Of a stretch of DNA of 64,000 nt, positions 56,411 to 64,000 are shown one piece after another; position 1 is the stretch's first letter; every line of letters begins with the position of its first letter. The notes under the pieces are model-generated. The model worked only from the letters and a program-made list of their open reading frames with translations. It did no database searches and was not told where the DNA came from. This stretch comes from Bacteroidales bacterium (GTDB taxonomy: Bacteria; Bacteroidota; Bacteroidia; Bacteroidales; VadinHA17), in assembly GCA_025358455.1 (NCBI GenBank), contig JANYJP010000118.1, forward strand, positions 13,906 to 77,905, written 5' to 3'. A program made the translations under genes and the position numbers.

Positions 56411-58522
56411 TTAACTTACGTTACTCCATGACTGATGCTGGCTGAATAGGCGTTTCATTTCAGATCTGAGTATGGCATTCTTATCATCCTCAAACTGAGG
56501 ATCTTTTGTAACTATTTCTTCTGCAATATGCCTGACATATTCTAGTAATTGACCATCTTTTCCAAGATCAGCTATCTTCAGGTCGAAAGGTATTCCGCTT
56601 TGCTGGGTTCCTTCTATGTCACCTGGCCCTCTTAACTGAAGATCTGTTTCTGCGATTTCAAAACCATCATTGGTCTTTATCATTACTTCAATTCTTTTGG
56701 CGGCTTCCCTCGATAATTTGTCTGAACTCATCAGAATACAGTATGACTGATCGGCGCCTCTTCCGACACGTCCTCTTAATTGGTGCAACTGGGAAAGTCC
56801 AAATCTCTCAGCACTTTCAATTACCATTACTGTAGCATTCGGAATATCAACTCCGACCTCAATAACGGTTGTTGCAATAAGGATATGTGCAATTCCATCC
56901 TTGAACAGTTTCATTGACATCTCTTTATCAGCTGAAGTCATCTTGCCATGAACAATGCTGATGCAGTATTTCGGAGCAGGAAAAACTCTTGAGATTGTAT
57001 CCCATCCATCTTCGAGATCTTTATAATCCATACTCTCAGATTCCTTTATGAGCGGGTAGACTACATAAATCTGCCGGCGCTCTGCTATCTGGTTTCTTAT
57101 AAATCCAAAGACTTTGTTCCTTTCCGAATCATTGAAATGCATTGTTTTAATCGGGATCCTTCCGGGAGGCAGTTCATCAATAACAGATACATCAAGATCA
57201 CCGTAAAGAGTCATTGCCAGTGTCCTTGGAATAGGAGTGGCCGTCATAACAAGAACATGCGGAGGGTTGAGGTTTTTCTGCCATAAACGCGCCCTCTGGG
57301 CAACACCAAAACGATGCTGCTCATCAATTATCACCAGTCCCAGATTGCTGAACTGAACATTTTCTTCTAACAGCGCATGAGTTCCAATTAAGATATGGAG
57401 TGATTTGTTGAGTAAAGATTCAGCAATTAATTTTCTGGAAGCCTTTTTTGATGATCCGGTCAGGAGATCGATTTTAATATCAATTCCGGCAAGCAGTTTA
57501 GTGATAGTCTGAAAATGCTGGTTGGCAAGAATCTCTGTCGGGGCCATAATACAAGCCTGATAACCGTTATCAAGAGCAATAAGCATGCTCATAAGTGCGA
57601 CAAGGGTTTTACCACTTCCGACATCTCCCTGAAGAAGCCGGTTCATCTGTTTTCCTGACCCAAGGTCTTTCCTGATCTCTTTCATCACCCTCTTCTGGGC
57701 TTCCGTCAGCGAAAAAGGCAAATTGTGATGATAGAAATTATTAAACTTATCACCTACACTGGAAAATACAAATCCTTTGAATTTAAGGCTCCGGTTGGTT
57801 TTAAAGCGAAGCAGGTTCAATTGGATATAAAATAATTCCTCGAATTTCAAACGGTGTCTTGCCTTTTCAAGTTCTTCAGGGTTGGATGGGAAATGTATCT
57901 TATGAAGTGCTTCGCGGAGTTCAGTAAGTCTGTACCGCGAAACAAGATAAGCCGGCAAAGTTTCAGGTATTCTGAACTTTATCTGCTTGAGCAGGGTTCC
58001 GGTAAGCTTGCTGATAGTCTTTGATGTAAGAAACTGGTTCTTAAGTTTTTCGGTTGTGCTATACTGTGCCTGGAGTGCAGAGTTAAGCCTTTCTGCCTGT
58101 TTGTTCGTCGCTTCAATTTCAGGATGGATAATATTTATCATCCCATTGAAAACACCAGGTTTGCCAAACACGATATATTCAATTCCGGTGGTATATGTTC
58201 CTGTTATCCATTTTCCACCCTTAAACCAGACCAGTTTTATTGTCCCTGTATCATCCTGAAAATCAGCTACCAGACGTTTACCCGGACCATGTCCTTCAGT
58301 ATAGTAACCCTTTATTTCCCCCCTTATCTGAACAAATGGCAGGTCAGGATCAAGTTCCGCAATTTTATAAAATCTTGTTCTGTCAATATATTTATATGGA
58401 AAGTAATAAAGAAGGTCGCGGAATGTAAAAATATTCAGCTCTTTATTAAGAAACTCAGCTCTTTTTGGACCGACTCCTGTTAAATAAGTAATATTTGTAT
58501 CGAGAAAATCCTGTGTAATCAT
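56411..58522 (-). CDS. recG: ATP-dependent DNA helicase RecG
   Basis: Wedge/OB N-domain. Helicase motifs GDVGSGKT, DEQHRFG, MTATPIPRT, QLRGRVGRG. Confidence 0.95.
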   Translation of the reverse strand: MITQDFLDTNITYLTGVGPKRAEFLNKELNIFTFRDLLYYFPYKYIDRTRFYKIAELDPDLPFVQIRGEIKGYYTEGHGPGKRLVADFQDDTGTIKLVWFKGGKWITGTYTTGIEYIVFGKPGVFNGMINIIHPEIEATNKQAERLNSALQAQYSTTEKLKNQFLTSKTISKLTGTLLKQIKFRIPETLPAYLVSRYRLTELREALHKIHFPSNPEELEKARHRLKFEELFYIQLNLLRFKTNRSLKFKGFVFSSVGDKFNNFYHHNLPFSLTEAQKRVMKEIRKDLGSGKQMNRLLQGDVGSGKTLVALMSMLIALDNGYQACIMAPTEILANQHFQTITKLLAGIDIKIDLLTGSSKKASRKLIAESLLNKSLHILIGTHALLEENVQFSNLGLVIIDEQHRFGVAQRARLWQKNLNPPHVLVMTATPIPRTLAMTLYGDLDVSVIDELPPGRIPIKTMHFNDSERNKVFGFIRNQIAERRQIYVVYPLIKESESMDYKDLEDGWDTISRVFPAPKYCISIVHGKMTSADKEMSMKLFKDGIAHILIATTVIEVGVDIPNATVMVIESAERFGLSQLHQLRGRVGRGADQSYCILMSSDKLSREAAKRIEVMIKTNDGFEIAETDLQLRGPGDIEGTQQSGIPFDLKIADLGKDGQLLEYVRHIAEEIVTKDPQFEDDKNAILRSEMKRLFSQHQSWSNVS

Positions 58523-58716
58523 TTAAGTCCAATCTTAATTTTTCTGAGTCTGCCCAATTTAAAATTAGATTTTGAAAATCAATTTCTTTGCCCCATCCCT
58601 GAAGGGTGAAAATTGATTTTTTTCGCATCCTTTAGTATAGGAGTAAACGAAGAAAATCATTCCGGAATGTTTTAATGATGGTAATTTTTATATTCAAATA
58701 GTTTATCGAAAATACG

Positions 58717-58724
58717 TATTTTTG
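58717..58724 (+). promoter_or_regulatory. -7 box TATTTTTG for the methyltransferase gene
   Basis: Exact TAnnTTTG 33 nt upstream of ATG 58758. Confidence 0.45.
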
Positions 58725-58757
58725 AAAACCTGTCCTAATTAAAATGTGAATAGTAAA

Positions 58758-59546
58758 ATGAATTTTTTTCACGCTTTCAAATATCTGAAATACATACTCC
58801 TGTCAGGGCATAAGAAAGGTCATGGAATTCATAGTCCGTTCATTTTTTCTCTTATTTCAAGGGTATTCCGGAATAAAACTGATCGAACTATTGTCTTTAA
58901 TATTGAAATGATCAGGGAGAAATTGATCTCAGACAGGTCAACAATAATTGTGAATGATCTTGGCGCGGGGACAGAGAAAAATAAAACTAACAAAAGAAAA
59001 GTGTCAGAAATAGCCAGATATTCTCCTGTCCCTTTGAAATATGGAATGTTGTTATCAAATCTTGCAGCTGAATTCGGGAGCCCGGGCATAATAGAATTCG
59101 GGACATCATTTGGAATCAGTACAATGTACCTGGCCTCTGCCTGTCCGGATACAGTTATTTACACCTTGGAAGGCTCCCCGGCAATAGCTGAGATTGCCTT
59201 ACAGAATTTTAAATCGGCCGGATTCAGTAACATAAAAATATTAACAGGTTCATTCGATGATTTATTACCGCGTATTGCTGAAGCCGGAATAAAACCAGGA
59301 CTGGTTTTCATAGACGGAAACCACAGGAGAGACGCAATACTGAAGTATTTCAAAAGTATGGTTGAAATATCAGATAATAACACTGTAGTGGTTATTGATG
59401 ATATATATTATTCAAAGGGTATGGAAGAAGCCTGGAATGAAATTAAACAGAATGAAAATGTCTCCGTAACTGTTGACATATTCAGGATGGGAATTGTTTT
59501 TTTCAGGAAGGGCATTAATCATAATGACTATATAATCAGATATTAA
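58758..59546 (+). CDS. Class I SAM-dependent methyltransferase (O-methyltransferase family 3-like)
   Basis: IIEFGTSFGIST SAM-binding loop and FIDGNH. Start moved from GTG 58746 to ATG 58758 (MNFFHAF). Confidence 0.7.
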   Translation: MNFFHAFKYLKYILLSGHKKGHGIHSPFIFSLISRVFRNKTDRTIVFNIEMIREKLISDRSTIIVNDLGAGTEKNKTNKRKVSEIARYSPVPLKYGMLLSNLAAEFGSPGIIEFGTSFGISTMYLASACPDTVIYTLEGSPAIAEIALQNFKSAGFSNIKILTGSFDDLLPRIAEAGIKPGLVFIDGNHRRDAILKYFKSMVEISDNNTVVVIDDIYYSKGMEEAWNEIKQNENVSVTVDIFRMGIVFFRKGINHNDYIIRY

Positions 59547-59618
59547 CAAAAATTAAGAGTTATTAAGTTATTATTTGACTAATTTAATATAATTTCGGAA
59601 ATTCAAATTTTAAGCATT

Positions 59619-60323
59619 ATGGACAAAGTTATTGAGATTCAGAATATTGTTAAGAATTATCAAGTTGGATCAGTGATTGTGAGGGCTTTGAGGACTGTAT
59701 CAATAGATATTGAAAAAAACGAATATGTTGCTATTATGGGACCATCGGGGTCAGGAAAATCTACCCTGATGAACCTTCTTGGATGTCTTGATACCCCGAC
59801 TAGCGGCAGCTATATTCTTAACGGTACTGATGTCAGTAAAATGGAAGATGATTATCTGGCTGAAATAAGGAATAAAGAGATAGGTTTTGTATTTCAGACA
59901 TTTAACCTGCTGCCACGTTATTCTGCACTTGAGAATGTAACTTTACCATTAATATACGCAGGAGTGCCTAAAGCTGACAGGGAAAAAGTAGCTATAGAAA
60001 CACTTGAGCAGGTTGGTCTTGCTGACAGGATGACTCATAAGCCGAATGAATTATCAGGTGGTCAGCGTCAACGTGTTGCCATTGCAAGAGCTCTTGTAAA
60101 CAAACCATCAATTATTCTTGCTGACGAACCAACAGGTAACCTTGATAGTAAGACTTCTATTGATATTATGAACCTGCTTGATGCTATTCATAAAAATGGA
60201 AATACTGTTATAGTGGTTACCCACGAAGAGGATATTGCCAGACATGCTGCACGTATAATCAGGCTATTTGACGGTGAAATAGCACAGGATTACCGGAATG
60301 AGAAGTATGTAAAAGCACAATAA
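59619..60323 (+). CDS. ABC transporter ATP-binding protein (MacB/LolD/FtsE-like)
   Basis: Walker [10 protein letters not shown], signature [15 protein letters not shown], Walker [12 protein letters not shown]. No permease gene adjacent. Confidence 0.9.
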   Translation: MDKVIEIQNIVKNYQVGSVIVRALRTVSIDIEKNEYVAIMGPSGSGKSTLMNLLGCLDTPTSGSYILNGTDVSKMEDDYLAEIRNKEIGFVFQTFNLLPRYSALENVTLPLIYAGVPKADREKVAIETLEQVGLADRMTHKPNELSGGQRQRVAIARALVNKPSIILADEPTGNLDSKTSIDIMNLLDAIHKNGNTVIVVTHEEDIARHAARIIRLFDGEIAQDYRNEKYVKAQ

Positions 60324-60365
60324 TTTAGATTTTACATTTTATAGAAGTTTCCTTCAAATTTTACC

Positions 60366-60908
60366 ATGAAGATCTATACTCTTACAGGTGATGATGGTAC
60401 TACCTCATTATCAGGAGGCAGAAGGGTTCCTAAACATTCAGTGCGTGTTGAAGCCTATGGTACAATAGATGAACTTATTGCATGGATTGGATTGTTAAGG
60501 GATCATAAAGAAAACATCAAACGTAAAGACATTCTGATCTACATTCAGGACCAGCTAATGAGGTGTGCTGCTTCTCTGGCTTACGATAGTCAAAGCAGTG
60601 TCAGCAAAGAGATATTACCTGAAAAAGATTGTTTTTCGCTGATTGAGAAGGAGATAGATAAGATGGAAGATACTCTTCCTCCTCTGAAAAATTTTGTTTT
60701 GCCAGGCGGAAATATTCTCGTTTCATATTGTCATATAAGCCGATGCGTATGCCGAAGGGCAGAAAGGGCAGTTTTAAGGCTTAACGAAGTTGAAAAAACT
60801 CCTGAAATAGTTACTAAATTTCTTAACCGTCTTTCCGATTTCTTATTCGTATTATCGCGAAAAATTAGCGTAGAGCTTGATGGTGAGGAGATTAAGTGGA
60901 TTGTTTAA
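60366..60908 (+). CDS. PduO-type ATP:cob(I)alamin adenosyltransferase
   Basis: N-terminus IYTLTGDDGTTSLSGGRRVPKHSVRVEAYGTIDEL typical of PduO-type enzymes. 180 aa. Confidence 0.85.
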   Translation: MKIYTLTGDDGTTSLSGGRRVPKHSVRVEAYGTIDELIAWIGLLRDHKENIKRKDILIYIQDQLMRCAASLAYDSQSSVSKEILPEKDCFSLIEKEIDKMEDTLPPLKNFVLPGGNILVSYCHISRCVCRRAERAVLRLNEVEKTPEIVTKFLNRLSDFLFVLSRKISVELDGEEIKWIV

Positions 60909-60957
60909 TATGTTAAAAATCTTAAAAAGGGTATTGCTATTTATATAAAATAATTTA

Positions 60958-60965
60958 TATATTTG
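60958..60965 (+). promoter_or_regulatory. -7 box TATATTTG (with TTG at 60934-60936) for the DUF2795 gene
   Basis: Exact TAnnTTTG 36 nt upstream of ATG 61002. A -33-like TTG lies 21 nt upstream of the box. Confidence 0.5.
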
Positions 60966-61001
60966 CAGACTTTGTTTAAAGGTTAATTTTATCAGGAAAA
61001 T

Positions 61002-61223
61002 ATGTATTGGACACTTGAATTAGCATCAAAACTTGAGGATGCTCCATGGCCTGCCACTAAAGATGAGCTGATTGATTTCGCCATTAGGTCGGGTGCCCCA
61101 ATGGAGGTTATTGAAAACCTTCAGGAAATTGAGGATGAGGGTGATATTTACGAAAGTATTGAAGATATCTGGCCAGATTATCCAAGTAAAGATGACTTCT
61201 TTTTTAATGAAGATGAATATTAG
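61002..61223 (+). CDS. DUF2795-domain small acidic protein
   Basis: 73 aa. WPATKDELIDFAIRSGAPMEVIENLQEIEDE matches the DUF2795 pattern. Confidence 0.75.
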   Translation: MYWTLELASKLEDAPWPATKDELIDFAIRSGAPMEVIENLQEIEDEGDIYESIEDIWPDYPSKDDFFFNEDEY

Positions 61224-61226
61224 AAT

Positions 61227-61260
61227 AGAGGCTGGGTCTTAAAAGATCAGCCTCTTTTTT
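61227..61260 (+). terminator. Intrinsic terminator after the DUF2795 gene
   Basis: Stem AGAGGCTG / CAGCCTCT (61227-61234 and 61248-61255) followed by TTTTTTATTTTTT. Confidence 0.7.
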
Positions 61261-62857
61261 ATTTTTTAAATATGTCGGACTTTTGTTTAGGTCTGACAAG
61301 ATCCTGCCAGGAGAAGCCTTCAAGGCGTAATTTTTTAGGAGTGGTTGCTTCAGGCGGATCAATGAATCCATCCGGATTACCGATATCAGTTATAACAGAT
61401 AATTTTCCATTTTCCACATCGGCTTCAATATTAGTACATTTAGATTGGTTAACGCCCGTAACATTATCTCCATCAAGAAGATAATAAACTGATTCACCAT
61501 TTCCTTTTACCAGAATCTTATATAAATCATTATCCCTGAAATAGCCCGTAAGCGATCTGCCTTTGATCTGGTTAAACCTTATAGTATCAACCTGGTTCGA
61601 AACAAATGCGCCATCGTATAGTTCCAGCCTGTCTGCCTGGCGGTTCTTAGTAAATATTGCCATTGTGGTTGAGGTAAGCTGATTTGCCTCCGACCACATT
61701 ACCGGAGCATTGTAAAAGCGAATAACCGAATCACGGAACGAATAGGAGAGGGAGTCGCATTTTATTTGCATGCTTTTACTGAATACGCGGCATCCGTAAT
61801 AGGCTCTCATAAGTCTGTATCCCTTTGCTGATGTATCGGCTACAGTAATTGCACTTATTGTATCGGCGTGGAGAAAAAGCGAGTCTCCCTTTGAAACCTG
61901 AATAAAGACGGCCATGTCGGTTACCATAAACCTTTCAGGCTGTTTGTAGTACCATGAATAGTTTCCCTCTAAAATCAGATTTCTTGTAGTGTCCTGAATA
62001 ATTACGTTCCTGTAAGCCTCACCATAACCAGTGCTGTCGTTATAAAACAGTGAATCTCCACGAATGGTCTGTTTCATATTATCTATCATAGCTTCTTTCC
62101 ATATGGAAGTAATGTCATGTTTAGTGTCGTACCACCCTCTTTCACAATACAGGTTTAGGCTATCACCTTTAAGCTTCGTGGGGCCTGTAAAGAAAGATGT
62201 CTCCGATTTGGTATTATAATCCATTGTATCGGCAGTCATTACATATTGTGGATTAACAATTTTCACACTGTCCTTGAAATGAAAGAGGTTATCAGAAACG
62301 AGGTAAATACCAATTTTGCTCGTTAGTGTATTTTTTGCGTTTGTGATCCTGCCACCAGTATTATACTTCGCAATTTTATTTTTAACGTCATAATCAATGG
62401 CATCAGTGTAAAGGTGAGTCTCTTTATCGATCAGTACAACATTATTATTTACAAAAGCGGTTTGGGTCTTCCCGTCATAAAAAAGATGATCGCCATAAAG
62501 ATCCAGCGTGTCGCCCTGTTCGATGTGAATTTTGCTGAACGCGTCCACCTGGTTCTTATCAGGAAAAAAGTGGGCGCTGTCGCATAACATTGTGATATCG
62601 TTGTGCTTAAGCTTAACGTTCCCGACAAACCGGTGAATATCTTTTCCGGAATCTATATCCTTTACCATATCGTCAGAATCGGCATATATAAGTTCAATTT
62701 TTGTCTTCCCCTGCTTTTTCCCCTGAACTTCCTGTGAGCTTACTGCCGGGGTGATACATAGCAGGATGATGACAAATATGATTTGCCTTGCAGAAATGAA
62801 ACTGAACCGGTGAAGAAAGATTCTTATTTTATCCATCCTTTTTTCAGAAACTCGCAT
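61259..62857 (-). CDS. OstA-like (LptD N-terminal-domain repeats) periplasmic protein
   Basis: Signal/anchor sequence, then repeated beta-jellyroll-like segments (GNVKLKHNDITMLCDSA..., ...GDSL.L..D...Y). Typical Bacteroidota partner of the upstream SurA-like gene. The start is probably ATG at 62836. Confidence 0.65.
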   Translation of the reverse strand: MRVSEKRMDKIRIFLHRFSFISARQIIFVIILLCITPAVSSQEVQGKKQGKTKIELIYADSDDMVKDIDSGKDIHRFVGNVKLKHNDITMLCDSAHFFPDKNQVDAFSKIHIEQGDTLDLYGDHLFYDGKTQTAFVNNNVVLIDKETHLYTDAIDYDVKNKIAKYNTGGRITNAKNTLTSKIGIYLVSDNLFHFKDSVKIVNPQYVMTADTMDYNTKSETSFFTGPTKLKGDSLNLYCERGWYDTKHDITSIWKEAMIDNMKQTIRGDSLFYNDSTGYGEAYRNVIIQDTTRNLILEGNYSWYYKQPERFMVTDMAVFIQVSKGDSLFLHADTISAITVADTSAKGYRLMRAYYGCRVFSKSMQIKCDSLSYSFRDSVIRFYNAPVMWSEANQLTSTTMAIFTKNRQADRLELYDGAFVSNQVDTIRFNQIKGRSLTGYFRDNDLYKILVKGNGESVYYLLDGDNVTGVNQSKCTNIEADVENGKLSVITDIGNPDGFIDPPEATTPKKLRLEGFSWQDLVRPKQKSDIFKK

Positions 62858-64000
62858 GATTTAAATTCATCACTGATCTTAACATAAGTGATCTCAATCT
62901 TTTGCTTAACCCATTTTTGAAAAATCAGAGTTCTTTCATTTGTAAGGGCACCATTATATATAGCCTGATAATCATCTTTCAGATTTGCTGTGTGTGCCGG
63001 TAATGAATTATCAAGTTTTATAATTCTGAAAACCACATTATTGCTTTCGTCAGTCGTTTTGAACGGTACAGATATCTCGCCAACCTTCATATTCCTGACG
63101 GTCATGTACATTTCAGGATTTAGTTCTTCGAGTGTAAACCATGTTACCCGTTCGGAAGGATTTGAACTTACAAACTTTCCTCCGTTTATCCTGCTGTCTT
63201 TATGGGTTGAAAATCTTAATGCGGCAATCTCAAATTTAAGACTGTCTTTTCTTATAAGATTTGCCAGACTATCGAGTTTTGACATTGCCATGGCAGCCTG
63301 TTCAGGTTGGACTTTCGGTTTAACCAGAATATGGCGGGTGTTTACCATTTCACCTTTTCGTTCTATAAACTGAATAATGTGGAATCCGAACTTCGTTTCA
63401 ACGATCTTTGAAACAGTATTCTTTGTAAGACTGAAAGCGGCATCAGCGTATTCCTTTTCAAGTTCTCCCCTTGTCAGGAACCCGATTTCTCCTCCGTTTT
63501 TTGCTGATTCGGTATCTTCAGAGTACAACCTTGCCAGTACGCTGAAGCTCTTTCCGGCAAGAATCTGGCTTCTGATGTCAAGAAGCCTCTGACGTGCAGC
63601 AGCTTTATTGTCCTCATTCGAGGGTGGGTCGAGCTGAAGTATACTTAGTTCATATCGTGCCGGAATTACAGGCATACTATCTTTCGGAAGAGCATTAAAG
63701 AATTTCTTTAGTGCAGCAGGTGTTATAGTAATGTTCTTCGCTATTTTATTCTGAACTTCCCTGACAACCTCCTGTTCAAGAAGTGTTTTCTTTATATCAC
63801 GACGAATTTCCAGAAGACTTTTTTTGAAGTATTCTACAAGGGCTGCTTCGCTGCCTGCTCTTCTGATTGCATCATTTATCCTCATATTCAGATCACCTTC
63901 AACTGCATCATCAGCTACTGTGATACTATCGATCCTGGCCTGATCGAGAAATAGTTTTGAGACAAGCATTTCCTGAAACACGCTGCATGTCAGTTCATCT
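62824..64000 (-). CDS. SurA-like peptidyl-prolyl isomerase (parvulin domains); 5' end outside the window
   Basis: PPIC/parvulin motifs (GGEIGFLTRGELEKEYADAAFSL...FGFHIIQF and INGGKF...). The frame stays open to position 64000, so the true start lies beyond the window. Confidence 0.8.
   Translation of the reverse strand, partial: DELTCSVFQEMLVSKLFLDQARIDSITVADDAVEGDLNMRINDAIRRAGSEAALVEYFKKSLLEIRRDIKKTLLEQEVVREVQNKIAKNITITPAALKKFFNALPKDSMPVIPARYELSILQLDPPSNEDNKAAARQRLLDIRSQILAGKSFSVLARLYSEDTESAKNGGEIGFLTRGELEKEYADAAFSLTKNTVSKIVETKFGFHIIQFIERKGEMVNTRHILVKPKVQPEQAAMAMSKLDSLANLIRKDSLKFEIAALRFSTHKDSRINGGKFVSSNPSERVTWFTLEELNPEMYMTVRNMKVGEISVPFKTTDESNNVVFRIIKLDNSLPAHTANLKDDYQAIYNGALTNERTLIFQKWVKQKIEITYVKISDEFKSCEFLKKGWIK

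Noticed and set aside
58658-58669. Perfect 12-bp palindrome CATTCCGGAATG upstream of the methyltransferase promoter; considered as an operator.
   Set aside because: My rough composition-based estimate is that on the order of twenty perfect 12-bp palindromes are expected by chance in 64 kb. There is no second copy and no adjacent regulator gene.

Overview
AT-rich, gene-dense chromosomal segment, roughly nine-tenths coding, with the hallmarks of a Bacteroidota genome. TAnnTTTG-type -7 promoter boxes sit a short distance upstream of many start codons. There is a T9SS type-B C-terminal sorting domain, TamB/Omp85/OstA/SurA envelope genes and an archaeal-type ProRS. I can support about 57 protein genes, mostly housekeeping. 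They include nth, an ABC-F ATPase, aroB, aroC, tilS, a peroxiredoxin, proS, purA, fur, relA/spoT, glyA, tsaD, recG and exbB-exbD-tonB. Others are tamB, a paired M16 peptidase, a ClC channel, pepD, a GH2 hydrolase and an acyl-CoA ligase. By eye I see no rRNA, tRNA, CRISPR array, intact transposase or integrase, and no recognisable defence system. So I cannot point to one clear-cut novel system; the window is mostly ordinary core genome. The observations most worth a second look are these. (1) A lipoprotein with a Gly/Tyr core and a long Ser/Asn/Arg tail appears co-transcribed with a FadL/PorV-like outer-membrane barrel (10954-14118). An orphan promoter, small ORF and terminator lie just upstream. 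(2) A lar cluster (larC, larB) holds only a roughly 40-60 codon vestige of larE between the two genes and has no larA. It lies divergent from a Tat-exported DUF362 protein and a membrane polyferredoxin. (3) The methylmalonyl-CoA epimerase/decarboxylase cluster (mce-mmdA-oadG-BCCP) lacks its membrane beta subunit. It runs instead into a fused citD-citE gene, citF and a rubredoxin gene missing from the ORF track. (4) An exact 12-mer, palindrome-centred REP-like motif occurs three times in intergenic 3' regions. A second 10-mer occurs four times, always intergenic. (5) A small decayed islet lies between tamB and tsaD, with a RayT/IS200-like Y1 transposase remnant that has lost its HUH region. A panE C-terminal remnant lies downstream of tsaD. 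All functional calls come from reading the translated ORFs against family knowledge from memory. No searches were run.
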